Below are positions 29,388 to 38,325 of a stretch of DNA of 64,000 nt, piece after piece (position 1 is the stretch's first letter; each line of letters starts with the position of its first letter). Position numbers and translations under genes: made by a program. Source of the DNA: Candidatus Onstottus arcticum (GTDB lineage: Bacteria > Acidobacteriota > Blastocatellia > UBA7656); the NCBI GenBank assembly GCA_038040485.1, contig JBBPIE010000021.1:35950-99949 (forward strand), in the 5' to 3' direction. Below the pieces are notes generated by a model, which saw only the letters and a list, made by a program, of their open reading frames with translations, made no database searches and was not told the origin of the DNA.

Positions 29388-30959
29388 ATGGTTGAGAGCG
29401 CTCAGAAGGATTTCACGAAGCGAGTGAAATCCATCGCGCTATCGCCAGTCTCCGGCGTGGCTCTCTTTGTTTTGATTAGCTGTCTCGCGCTCAACACAAA
29501 GTTCGACTTTGTCGATGACGCATACTACATCGTACTCGCGAAGAGCCTGGCGGGGGGCTTCGGGTTTTCAGATATTCATCTGCCCGAACCTCACTTTCAC
29601 CGCCACTTTCCCCCGGGCCTGCCGTTGATCCTTAGCCTCCCGATGCTGCTCGGATTGGACCCTTCGACGAGCGTCGTGATCTACAAACTCGTGCTGATTG
29701 CGTGCGGAGCGGTGGGGCTCTATTGCTTCGCGCACTTCGCTCTCGCGGAAGGCTACTCGAGACAACTCGTTTCTTCCGCGATGCTGCTCGCCTCGGTGTC
29801 GATTATCTTCGTCGGATTTACGACGCGCGTTGGTTCTGAAATGCTATACGTGCTTTTTTCAGCGCTAGCGCTGCTAGCTCTAAACAAGTATGAACAATCC
29901 TCGCTCAAGTCTCGCTGGCTCGCGCTGTCAGCGCTGTTCCTGGTCGCGTCAGTACTCACTCGGTCGATCGGCCTGGTTATGCTTGGCGCGGCAGTGTTGT
30001 CCTGGATCCTGAAACGGGACTTCAGGCGCGCAGCGCTGCTGGTTATTGCAAGTGTTGTGCTGTGGTCGCCTTGGTTCATGCTGAGTAAGACCGGCGGGTC
30101 CGGAGTTGGATCGTACTATCACGAATTCCTTACATCTTTCCATCCCGGCGCATTCTTCGAGTTGGGCAAGCGAGCGGTTGAAGATGGATGGCTGCTCTTG
30201 AATCGCGATATCCCGCGAGCGATTCTCTCAATCGGCTCCAGCGAGTTCGTCGAGTCGAGGCCGTGGCTCGATGCTCTCGTCCTACCTCTGAGGCTGGGGA
30301 TTTCGACGATAGTCATCTTGTCGATCCTGCGCGGCATCCGGCAAACTCCGCGCATAGCATCTCTTTACGTAGCGGGTTCCTTGTTCTTGGTCATGATTTG
30401 GCCTTGGGACCCGAGCCGGTATATAGTGCCTCTGATCCCGCTTCTTTGCCTGTCGTTTGTTGCGGGCCTTCAGACGGTCTTTGAACGGTTGCCGGCGAAG
30501 CATCCAAAATCACTGAGTTTTCAACCCAAACTAATAGCCGGAGTAGTCGCGACTTGCATCGCGTCTCAATTAATCAGCGACGCGCGCTTTGTTTTGACCA
30601 TCCGTCGAACCGGCCACTACAACGCTGCGGCTGCCTCAATCTGGAATGAGATAACGGCCGCCTATGAGTGGATCAATCAGAACACAGCTCAATCAAGCAT
30701 AGTCGGATGCGAACCCGCGATAGACCCAAGCGTCTATCTTTTCACGGGAAGGAAGTCATTGGCACTGCCCTCCCGGCCCGAAGCGTACAAACGGCTCGGA
30801 GTCACTCACATCCTCCACGTTACAAGTCCAACCATGTACAAGGGCGATGAGGTAAAACGCAGACCGGACTTGCAGGAGTTTCTCGATCGCACAGGCGGCA
30901 AGGTTCCGCTTACGCTTGTGTATCGGAGCGCTAATGTTTCTGTTTTCCAAGTCAACTAG
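29388..30959 (+). CDS. GT39/GT83 (ArnT/PMT-like) membrane glycosyltransferase
   Basis: Start MVESAQKD at 29388. 11-13 TMs with a DDAYY-like motif (FDFVDDAYYIVLAKSL) in the first loop, characteristic of the ArnT/PMT family. Confidence 0.65.
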   Translation: MVESAQKDFTKRVKSIALSPVSGVALFVLISCLALNTKFDFVDDAYYIVLAKSLAGGFGFSDIHLPEPHFHRHFPPGLPLILSLPMLLGLDPSTSVVIYKLVLIACGAVGLYCFAHFALAEGYSRQLVSSAMLLASVSIIFVGFTTRVGSEMLYVLFSALALLALNKYEQSSLKSRWLALSALFLVASVLTRSIGLVMLGAAVLSWILKRDFRRAALLVIASVVLWSPWFMLSKTGGSGVGSYYHEFLTSFHPGAFFELGKRAVEDGWLLLNRDIPRAILSIGSSEFVESRPWLDALVLPLRLGISTIVILSILRGIRQTPRIASLYVAGSLFLVMIWPWDPSRYIVPLIPLLCLSFVAGLQTVFERLPAKHPKSLSFQPKLIAGVVATCIASQLISDARFVLTIRRTGHYNAAAASIWNEITAAYEWINQNTAQSSIVGCEPAIDPSVYLFTGRKSLALPSRPEAYKRLGVTHILHVTSPTMYKGDEVKRRPDLQEFLDRTGGKVPLTLVYRSANVSVFQVN

Positions 30960-31018
30960 GATCGCGGTCCAACAAGAGCGAACAGGCCGGCTGGCTGCGA
31001 AGTATTGAGCCCAAGACT

Positions 31019-32926
31019 ATGTGCGGCATCTGCGGAGTCGTCGGCCAGGCCGATGAACAACTCATCAAGTCAATGCTGGCGCGGATCGCGCATCGCGGTC
31101 CCGACGACGAAGGTATCTACATCGCCGAGATGTCCACCGGCGACCGCGCCGGCCTCGGACATCGGCGTCTTTCGATCATCGACCTTTCGCCGGCCGGCCA
31201 CGAACCGATGCCTGACGCCAGCGGAAAAATCTGGCTGACCTACAACGGCGAGATTTACAACTTCAAAGCGCTGCGTCGCGAGCTCGAAGCGCGCGGCCAT
31301 CGCTTCAAGTCCGAAACCGACGCCGAAGTCATCATCTACGCTTATCTCGAATGGGGCCGCGACTGTCTCGCTCGTTTCAACGGAATGTTCGCGTTCGCGA
31401 TCTGGGACGCTCGCGACGAGAGTCTGTTCATCGCGCGCGACCGGCTCGGCATCAAGCCTCTCTACTACGCGGATACACCCGCCGGCTTCGCGTTTGCCTC
31501 CGAGATAAAGGCGCTGCTTTCAATACCCGGAATCGAACGGGCGCCTGATCTCGCCGCGCTCGATCAGTTCATGACTTTTCTGTGGACGCCTGATCCCAAA
31601 ACGGCGTTTCGCGGAATCTCCAAGCTCCCACCGGCGCATTACCTGGTCCACCGGAACGCCCGGACCGAAGTTCACGAGTACTGGGACCTGACATTCGACG
31701 AAGACGAGTCTCTTTCTGAAGCGGATTGGAGCGAAGCTCTCCGCGAACAGATAACTCGAAGCGTTCGAGCGCAGATGATCTCCGACGTGCCACTGGGAGC
31801 CTTTCTGTCCGGCGGACTCGATTCGTCCGCCATCGTCAAGCTGATGACCGATGTCGCGACTCAAAAGGTCACCACATACACATTCGGCTTCAAGCAGGAG
31901 GACCTGCGCTACGACATAATCGAAGACGATGTGAAGTACGCGCGCATCGCCGGCAGCCAGTTCAAGACCGACTATCAGGAACATTACCTAGAGCCGCGCG
32001 TGATGGAGCTTCTGCCCAAGCTTGTCTATCACCTGGACGAGCCCGTTGCCGATCCCGCAATCATCACCAGCTATCTGATTTGCCGCGCGGCCCGCGAGCG
32101 GCTCACCGTGCTGCTTTCGGGGATGGGCGGCGACGAAGTCTTCGCCGGCTATCCTCGGCACGCCGCGGTCAAGATCGCCGAGGCGTACAACATGATTCCG
32201 TCGTTTCTCTCGCGGCCTGTGGTGGACGCCCTTCCGGGCGCGAGACCGGGAAGATTCACTGCGCTGTTTCGCAACACGAAGAAGCTTGCGCGCTCGGCAG
32301 CGCTTCCGGAACGCGAGCGCTACCTGGGCTTTGGCACATACTTCACCAAAGCCGAGAAGCTGGAGCTATACTCGGGCGCAATGCGCGAGGCGGCAGGTGG
32401 CTTCGATCCTTACAGCGAGCATCAGAAGTATTTCGATCGGGTTGCCGGTCAGGATTTTGTCAATCAGATGCTGTACGTCGATCTGAAGACTTTTCTGCCG
32501 TGTTTGAACCTGACTTACACCGACAAGACAAGCATGGCCTCATCAATGGAAGTGAGAGTGCCGCTGCTGGATCACGAGCTGGTTGAGATGGCGGCCAGAA
32601 TTCCAGCACGTCTGAAGCTGAAAGGACTGACTGGCAAACACATCCTGAAGCGCGCAGCCGAAGCGTGGCTGCCATCCGAAATCATCAACCGCAAGAAAGC
32701 GGGTTTTAGCGCGCCGGTTCGCGCATGGCTGGTGCGCGACTTGCGCGAGATGGTAGAAGACTTGTTGTCGGAATCGAACATCAACCGGCGAGGCTATTTT
32801 GAGTATTCCTTCGTGCGACGCTTGATCGATGACAATCTGTCGGGCCGCGAAGACAACAGCTTGAAGGTGTTCCAACTGCTGACGCTCGAGCTGTGGCACC
32901 GCACATTCATCGATGAATCACAGTAG
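31019..32926 (+). CDS. asnB: asparagine synthase (glutamine-hydrolysing)
   Basis: MCGICGV N-terminal nucleophile Cys. SGGLDSS PP-loop. Confidence 0.9.
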   Translation: MCGICGVVGQADEQLIKSMLARIAHRGPDDEGIYIAEMSTGDRAGLGHRRLSIIDLSPAGHEPMPDASGKIWLTYNGEIYNFKALRRELEARGHRFKSETDAEVIIYAYLEWGRDCLARFNGMFAFAIWDARDESLFIARDRLGIKPLYYADTPAGFAFASEIKALLSIPGIERAPDLAALDQFMTFLWTPDPKTAFRGISKLPPAHYLVHRNARTEVHEYWDLTFDEDESLSEADWSEALREQITRSVRAQMISDVPLGAFLSGGLDSSAIVKLMTDVATQKVTTYTFGFKQEDLRYDIIEDDVKYARIAGSQFKTDYQEHYLEPRVMELLPKLVYHLDEPVADPAIITSYLICRAARERLTVLLSGMGGDEVFAGYPRHAAVKIAEAYNMIPSFLSRPVVDALPGARPGRFTALFRNTKKLARSAALPERERYLGFGTYFTKAEKLELYSGAMREAAGGFDPYSEHQKYFDRVAGQDFVNQMLYVDLKTFLPCLNLTYTDKTSMASSMEVRVPLLDHELVEMAARIPARLKLKGLTGKHILKRAAEAWLPSEIINRKKAGFSAPVRAWLVRDLREMVEDLLSESNINRRGYFEYSFVRRLIDDNLSGREDNSLKVFQLLTLELWHRTFIDESQ

Positions 32927-32946
32927 AGGGGCTTGCCTCATCGATG

Positions 32947-33010
32947 ACTCTGCTCTGCGCGTGCTCGGCGTCTCTGCGACTCTGCGGTTGAAGAACTGCC
33001 GAGTCGAGGT
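32947..33010. repeat. partial (half) family-A REP element
   Basis: ctctgctctgcgcgtgctcggcgtctctgcgactctgcggttgaagaa, with no matching second arm. Confidence 0.5.
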
Positions 33011-33016
33011 ACATTC

Positions 33017-33979
33017 TTGAACCTCATGCAAAACTTCCTCGTCACCGGCGGAGCAGGCTTTATAGGCAGTCATCTCGTTAATAGCTTGATGTCCGCCCAA
33101 AACAACCACGTCACCGTCGTAGACAACTTCAACGACTTCTACGATCCCGCCATCAAGCGAGCGAACATCGCGGCTCACCACGCCGGCGATCGCTTCGAGC
33201 TCATTGAAGGCGACATAACGGACGCAGCAGCAATAGACGCGCTATTCGCGCGCTCGAAGTTCGATGTCGTCGTACACCTTGCGGCGCGCGCCGGAGTCCG
33301 GCCTTCGCTTGAGGATCCGCTCGCTTACGAAGAGTCAAACGTGCGCGGCACATACTCGCTGCTCGAAGCGGCGCGCCGTCACGGCGTAAGACGGTTTGTG
33401 TTCGGCTCATCCAGTTCAGTGTACGGTGTGAACGCCAAAGTCCCGTTCTCGGAAGACGACCCGATAGCTCAACCGATCTCGCCGTACTCCGCCACAAAGA
33501 TCGCGGGCGAAGCCGCGTGTCACGCTTACAGCCATCTTTACGGGATCCGCATCGTCTGTTTGCGATTCTTCACCGTATACGGCCCTCGGCAACGGCCCGA
33601 TCTGGCGATTCACAAGTTCGCGCGGCTGATCTCGGCAGGCAAGCCGATACCGATTTTTGGCGACGGCACGACGCGGCGCGACTACACTTACATCGACGAC
33701 ATCATCGCAGGAGTCGAAGCAGCAATCAGCTACGACAAGACTCAGTTTGAGGTCATCAATCTTGGCGAGTCCGAGACCATCGAGCTCCGGAGGCTTGTCG
33801 GGCTTATCGAGCAAGCGATAGGCAAGCGCGCGATTCTCGATACACAGCCGGAACAACCGGGGGATGTGCCGATCACCTACGCGGACATCGACAAGGCGCG
33901 GCGGCTGCTCGGCTACAACCCACAAACCAAGATCGAGGCGGGGATAGAGAAGTTCATCGAGTGGTTCAGGCGCCTGTAG
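33017..33979 (+). CDS. NAD-dependent epimerase/dehydratase (UDP-sugar 4-epimerase family, SDR)
   Basis: [11 protein letters not shown] Rossmann motif. YSATK catalytic motif. Confidence 0.85.
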   Translation: MNLMQNFLVTGGAGFIGSHLVNSLMSAQNNHVTVVDNFNDFYDPAIKRANIAAHHAGDRFELIEGDITDAAAIDALFARSKFDVVVHLAARAGVRPSLEDPLAYEESNVRGTYSLLEAARRHGVRRFVFGSSSSVYGVNAKVPFSEDDPIAQPISPYSATKIAGEAACHAYSHLYGIRIVCLRFFTVYGPRQRPDLAIHKFARLISAGKPIPIFGDGTTRRDYTYIDDIIAGVEAAISYDKTQFEVINLGESETIELRRLVGLIEQAIGKRAILDTQPEQPGDVPITYADIDKARRLLGYNPQTKIEAGIEKFIEWFRRL

Positions 33980-34134
33980 GGCGAGCGCTCCACGAACCGC
34001 GGAGCGGCGGCAGATTGTCGCCCCAGGGCGGCTTTGTCTCAAAAAGCGCTTTTCATCCTGACTTATGAGACAGGTGCATTTTCTCTCTCAAAAAGCCCGT
34101 TTCAATATTCTCAAAGTTGGATATTACAACTAAG

Positions 34135-34440
34135 TCAGAAAAACCGATCGAACAGTGCGGAGGAAACTCCGAATGAAGCCGGAAGCGTCGGAGTGGCTTT
34201 AATTAGCGCTGATACCAGCGTTGGGAAGGAAGCGCCAACCCAAACCGCCTTAAAACGAGTGTCAGCTTCCCAAGCAATTGTAAACAGACCAGCCGACAAT
34301 ACAAACCCCAACGAGATGATTAGATAGGGCCACGAAAAACGAGGCGGGGACTCTTCGTGAGTCACAATATTGTAGAGACGAAGAATCTCTGGAAGGAAAG
34401 ATCCAAAACACCCCCACATAAAGCGTTCTCGATGGCTCAT
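34135..34440 (-). CDS. small membrane protein (2 TM), hypothetical, within the IR-bounded cassette
   Basis: 101 aa. Start/stop overlap (ATGA) with the upstream 72-aa ORF. Confidence 0.4.
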   Translation of the reverse strand: MSHRERFMWGCFGSFLPEILRLYNIVTHEESPPRFSWPYLIISLGFVLSAGLFTIAWEADTRFKAVWVGASFPTLVSALIKATPTLPASFGVSSALFDRFF

Positions 34441-34655
34441 TGTGGAAGAAGGGCTTTCACGTACTCTAAGATATTATTTACTACATGCTTTGGCACAATG
34501 CCGAATACTCCTGCAAGCAACAGGAGTGAAAAGAGAACTAAGTTGATAAGGGGCATAGCCCATATTCGTTTCGCTAAGAACGGTAGAGCCCCCTTACCCT
34601 TAACTCTCTGATCCTCAGCTTTCTTAACCTTGATACCTCCAACTACAGTGCCCAT
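34437..34655 (-). CDS. small single-TM protein, hypothetical, within the IR-bounded cassette
   Basis: 72 aa, Lys-rich N-terminus then a TM. Translationally coupled to the 101-aa ORF. Confidence 0.4.
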   Translation of the reverse strand: MGTVVGGIKVKKAEDQRVKGKGALPFLAKRIWAMPLINLVLFSLLLLAGVFGIVPKHVVNNILEYVKALLPQ

Positions 34656-34788
34656 AGTGGTTGCTCCCTTTCGTCAGCTTTGATTGTTATTATCCTGGAC
34701 TGGGAATGTCAAGCGTTATTCTTTCAGGCGACAAGCGGAGAGTTTTCAGTTCGGTGGTCTTTCCTATGGTTTGCATTATACTCCCGTT

Positions 34789-35046
34789 ATGGACGGAGAA
34801 TTAGCGAGAAAGATTCTTGCCCTCTTCAAGGAAATGTGGCCGCCGAAAGGCAAAGACCTGCCAAGCTCAGAGATATATCGCCGGTTGATTGAATCGGGCG
34901 AGCAAATACCTTACTTCGCGATGTATGAAGTCTTCTGCTACATGAAAGAACATAATGTTATTGACGGGTATCAGACTATGAACAAAGAAGCATACGAAAT
35001 GCATGGTAATTTCTTCATAACTTGGATAAATCCTGACTTTCTCTAG
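34789..35046 (+). CDS. hypothetical small cytoplasmic protein (86 aa) within the cassette
   Basis: Start MDGELARKILALFKEMW. No recognisable domain. Followed by a terminator. Confidence 0.4.
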   Translation: MDGELARKILALFKEMWPPKGKDLPSSEIYRRLIESGEQIPYFAMYEVFCYMKEHNVIDGYQTMNKEAYEMHGNFFITWINPDFL

Positions 35047-35110
35047 GGAGGGGTATGAGACAACGCCGCCCCGGGCGTAAGCCCGGGGGAGAAGCGGTCC
35101 AACAGGGTTC

Positions 35111-35168
35111 AAGCCCCGGCAGGGAAGACGGGAGTTGACATCTGTCGCCCCTGCCGGGGCTTTCATTT
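35111..35168 (+). terminator. rho-independent terminator
   Basis: aagccccggcaggg-loop-cccctgccggggcttt followed by tcatttt. Confidence 0.7.
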
Positions 35169-35382
35169 TACGACGCATACCCCCTGGGCTTGCGTTCGGG
35201 GCTACAATCTGCCGCCGCTCCCCGGCTCGACTAATGATGGGTTAGGAAATCATTCTGATGTTGGGTCTCGGCACTGAGCGTATTTGGTAAGTGCCGCGAG
35301 AATCAGGTTCACGGAAGGCACACCAACTTGCCGATATTCACCCGCGAGTCTACTATTCTCTCTCACCGAGCCCATCCCGACT

Positions 35383-36408
35383 ATGCAAGAATACCGCTTG
35401 AAAACCGTAGGGGAACTCGAAGGCGAGCGCGCTGCGCCCGAGGTCTCCGTCTTCCTTCCAGTCTTCAATGAAGAGGCGAACATCGAGCCGCTCAACGCCA
35501 GGCTCACCGATGCGCTTCGGGAGCTCGGGCGCACTTACGAAATCGTCTACGTCGATGACGGTTCGACCGATCACAGCCTCGACAAACTTCGGGCCGCCGC
35601 TGCGCGAGACCCGCGAGTTCGCGTCATTGCGCTGCGCCGCAACTACGGCCAGACCGCCGCTATGAGCGCCGGCATCGATCACTCGCGAGGGCAAATACTG
35701 ATCCCGATGGACGCCGACCTGCAGAACGATCCGTCCGACATCGCACGACTGATCGAAAAACTGGATGAAGGTTACGACGTGGTTTCCGGCTGGCGGAAAG
35801 ACCGCAAGGACAAATGGCTTACGCGGCGTCTTCCGTCAGCGCTGGCGAATCGATTGATCTCCAGACTCAGCGGCGTCAAGCTCCACGACTATGGCTGCAG
35901 CCTTAAAGCTTATCGGCGGCACGTGCTCGCCGATGTGAAACTCTACGGCGAGATGCACCGCTTCATTCCGATCTACGCGGGCTGGGCGGGCGCGCGAGTC
36001 ACCGAGATTCCGGTGACCCACCACCGCCGCAACGCCGGCGAGTCCAAGTATGGATTGTCTCGAACGATCAAAGTCATGTTTGACCTGATCACGATCAAGT
36101 TCATGTCCAGCTATCTGACAAAGCCGCTCTACCTGTTTGGAAGCGCTGGGCTGTTCTGCCTTGTAGCCTCTTTCCTGTCGGCGGCGCTCGCGCTTTATTA
36201 TCGCTTCGTCAAGGACATTCACCTGAACCGGATGCCGCTGGCGACGCTTGCGATGATCATGTTCGCAATGGGTATTCAGTTCATCTTCATGGGGCTGCTA
36301 GCTGAGATGATTGTGCGCACTTATCACGAGTCACAAGACAAGCCTACCTACCTGATCCGCGAACGAATCAACATCGAAGAGGACGGCGCACGGACGCCCG
36401 AGCTATGA
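35383..36408 (+). CDS. GT2 polyprenyl-phosphate glycosyltransferase (ArnC/GtrB/dolichyl-phosphate mannosyltransferase-like)
   Basis: Start MQEYRLK at 35383. VFLPVFNEEANIEPL, YVDDGSTD, DAD/DxD motifs and two C-terminal TMs, as in GtrB/ArnC. Confidence 0.85.
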   Translation: MQEYRLKTVGELEGERAAPEVSVFLPVFNEEANIEPLNARLTDALRELGRTYEIVYVDDGSTDHSLDKLRAAAARDPRVRVIALRRNYGQTAAMSAGIDHSRGQILIPMDADLQNDPSDIARLIEKLDEGYDVVSGWRKDRKDKWLTRRLPSALANRLISRLSGVKLHDYGCSLKAYRRHVLADVKLYGEMHRFIPIYAGWAGARVTEIPVTHHRRNAGESKYGLSRTIKVMFDLITIKFMSSYLTKPLYLFGSAGLFCLVASFLSAALALYYRFVKDIHLNRMPLATLAMIMFAMGIQFIFMGLLAEMIVRTYHESQDKPTYLIRERINIEEDGARTPEL

Positions 36409-37241
36409 GGCAGCGCGGTGACGCTGAGATGACGGACGTACGCGGGCAACTACGCGAAGACTCGGCTGCGCCCGGCTCGGAATCATCCTCCTCGCTCAGG
36501 GGAATCGCAACTTCCGACATCGCCGGCATCCCCGTTTACAACTTAAGCGAAGAGCAAGCGATCGCCGCCATCGAGAGGCTGGTGGACACGGGCGGATCGC
36601 ACTACGGGGCAGTAGTGAACGCCGCCAAAATCGTCGCGGCAACCTCTGACGAACGATTGAAGCGCGCGTTGTTGGAAGCCGATCTCGTCACGGCCGACGG
36701 CATGTCGGTCGTGTGGGCTTCGCGGATGCTCGGCCAGCCGCTTAGACAGCGAGTAACCGGCATCGACTTGTTCGAGCGCCTGGCCGGGCGGGCCGCCGAG
36801 CGAGGATGGGCCGTTTATTTTCTGGGCGCGCGCGACGAGTCGGTCCGAGGGACGGTCGAGCGTTTAACCAGCGCTCATCCGGGTCTGCGCGTAGCCGGCT
36901 ATCGCAACGGCTACTTCGAAGCTTCCGAATCGGCAGCCATCGCCGAGGCCATCCGGCGCAGCTCCGCCGATCTGTTGTTCGTCGCCTTGGGCTCCCCAGC
37001 GCAGGAGTACTGGATCGCAACGAACGTCGGGCTTACCGGCGTTCGGTTCGCGCTCGGAGTTGGAGGGAGTTTCGATCACGTGAGCGGACTTGCTCGCCGG
37101 GCTCCGCAATGGATGCGGCGAAGCGGGCTCGAATGGCTTTATCGGTTGATACGCGAACCGCGCCGGCTGTGGCGGCGTTACTTGATCGGCAATTCTGTCT
37201 TTCTCTGGCTTATCATTCGGCAGCGGATTTCTGGGGCGTGA
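36405..37241 (+). CDS. WecB/TagA/CpsF family glycosyltransferase (GT26)
   Basis: 278 aa. FLGARDESVRGTVERL...GYRNGYF and the C-terminal PQWMRRSGLEWLYRLIREPRRLWRRY signature. Confidence 0.8.
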   Translation: MRQRGDAEMTDVRGQLREDSAAPGSESSSSLRGIATSDIAGIPVYNLSEEQAIAAIERLVDTGGSHYGAVVNAAKIVAATSDERLKRALLEADLVTADGMSVVWASRMLGQPLRQRVTGIDLFERLAGRAAERGWAVYFLGARDESVRGTVERLTSAHPGLRVAGYRNGYFEASESAAIAEAIRRSSADLLFVALGSPAQEYWIATNVGLTGVRFALGVGGSFDHVSGLARRAPQWMRRSGLEWLYRLIREPRRLWRRYLIGNSVFLWLIIRQRISGA

Positions 37242-37340
37242 CCTTTAGCGCGCCGTTCCAGGCTTGGGCTTCCGAGTTCGCGTCGCTTGATCATTCGTTC
37301 GGAGATTAACACGGATTCGAAACACTGGGAGAGCAACGAC

Positions 37341-38090
37341 ATGAGACTTAGACAATTCCGCTTTCAGCCAACGTTGTTAGCCGTATTCATGCTGTTCTTG
37401 GGCGAGAGCGCGCGCTTCAATGCATCGGTTCATCAGGGAAAGCAACCGCAACCCAGGTGTCCGGTCCTTAAGCTGACTTGCCCCGACACGGTTAACGTGG
37501 GCGCCTCGCTGGTGTTTGCGCTTCAGGTGAGTGGCGGCGATCCGAACGTGACACCGACATTCAACTGGTCGGTGTCAAATGGCTCTCTCTCGTCGGGCCA
37601 GGGTACGGCGACGGTCGAGTTAGATACAACTGGTTTGTCAGATGGGGATACAGTGACCGCGACGGTTGAGGCCGGCGGATTCGATCGTGAGTGTCGTACG
37701 TATGCATCGTGCACGTCTTCCTTAGTGAAAAAGCCCGAGGCTCGCAAGTTCGACGAGTACAGCGCGCTCACTCTTAAGGACGAGGAAGCCCGGCTCGACA
37801 CCTTCGCAATCGAACTCCAGAACGACCCACCTGCTCAAGGCTACATCATTGGCTACATTGGGGCTACGAGCAGACCCCAGCAGAAGGCAGAAGCCAGGGC
37901 GAAAGGCTACCTTGTCAACAAGAGGGGTATTGATGCCTCGCGATTGGTGACGGTAGCAGGCGGCTCTCGTGAACAGGCAACGGTTGAGCTCTGGATAGTG
38001 CCCTCTAGCGCCGAACCGCCAAAAGCCACGCCGTCCGCTGATCCATCTAAACCGAAACCCGCGAGCCCGGCGAAGCCCAAGAAACCGTGA
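37341..38090 (+). CDS. secreted hypothetical protein with Pro/Lys-rich C-terminal tail
   Basis: Start MRLRQFRFQPTLLAVFMLFLG (signal peptide) after a GGGAGAG RBS. Ends PKPASPAKPKKP. Confidence 0.5.
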   Translation: MRLRQFRFQPTLLAVFMLFLGESARFNASVHQGKQPQPRCPVLKLTCPDTVNVGASLVFALQVSGGDPNVTPTFNWSVSNGSLSSGQGTATVELDTTGLSDGDTVTATVEAGGFDRECRTYASCTSSLVKKPEARKFDEYSALTLKDEEARLDTFAIELQNDPPAQGYIIGYIGATSRPQQKAEARAKGYLVNKRGIDASRLVTVAGGSREQATVELWIVPSSAEPPKATPSADPSKPKPASPAKPKKP

Positions 38091-38325
38091 TCTGCTGAGG
38101 CTCGCTAGTTGAAACAACATGTTGTACTACTCGTCGGCGACACGCGTCTCTGTTCCAAGGGCACTCTCACGTCGGACTCTTCTTTCAAAAAGGTCGACGG
38201 GCGATGCTTAATCACTTTCCCGGTCAGGAGTGGAAGGATCGGGCTGTGTGTTTTTCTTTGATCTCGACTTGTGGTATACAGAACGCCCAACGCGCTGGAT
38301 ACCTTTCGATTGCAGCAGCAGAGTC

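Larger units (their letters stand above)
33997..35225. mobile_element. ~1.2 kb low-GC cassette bounded by 24-bp inverted repeats (GGAGCGGCGGCAGATTGTMGCCCC); no transposase
   Basis: Left ccgcggagcggcggcagattgtcgcccc at 33997-34025. Right ggggctacaatctgccgccgctccccgg at 35198-35225, RC ccggggagcggcggcagattgtagcccc (23 of 24). The interior is AT-rich, with three small ORFs and a terminator. Confidence 0.6.

Noticed and set aside
31726-32586. 286-aa ORF in an alternative frame of asnB
   Set aside because: Arg/Ser-rich translation. Wholly inside the asparagine synthase CDS.
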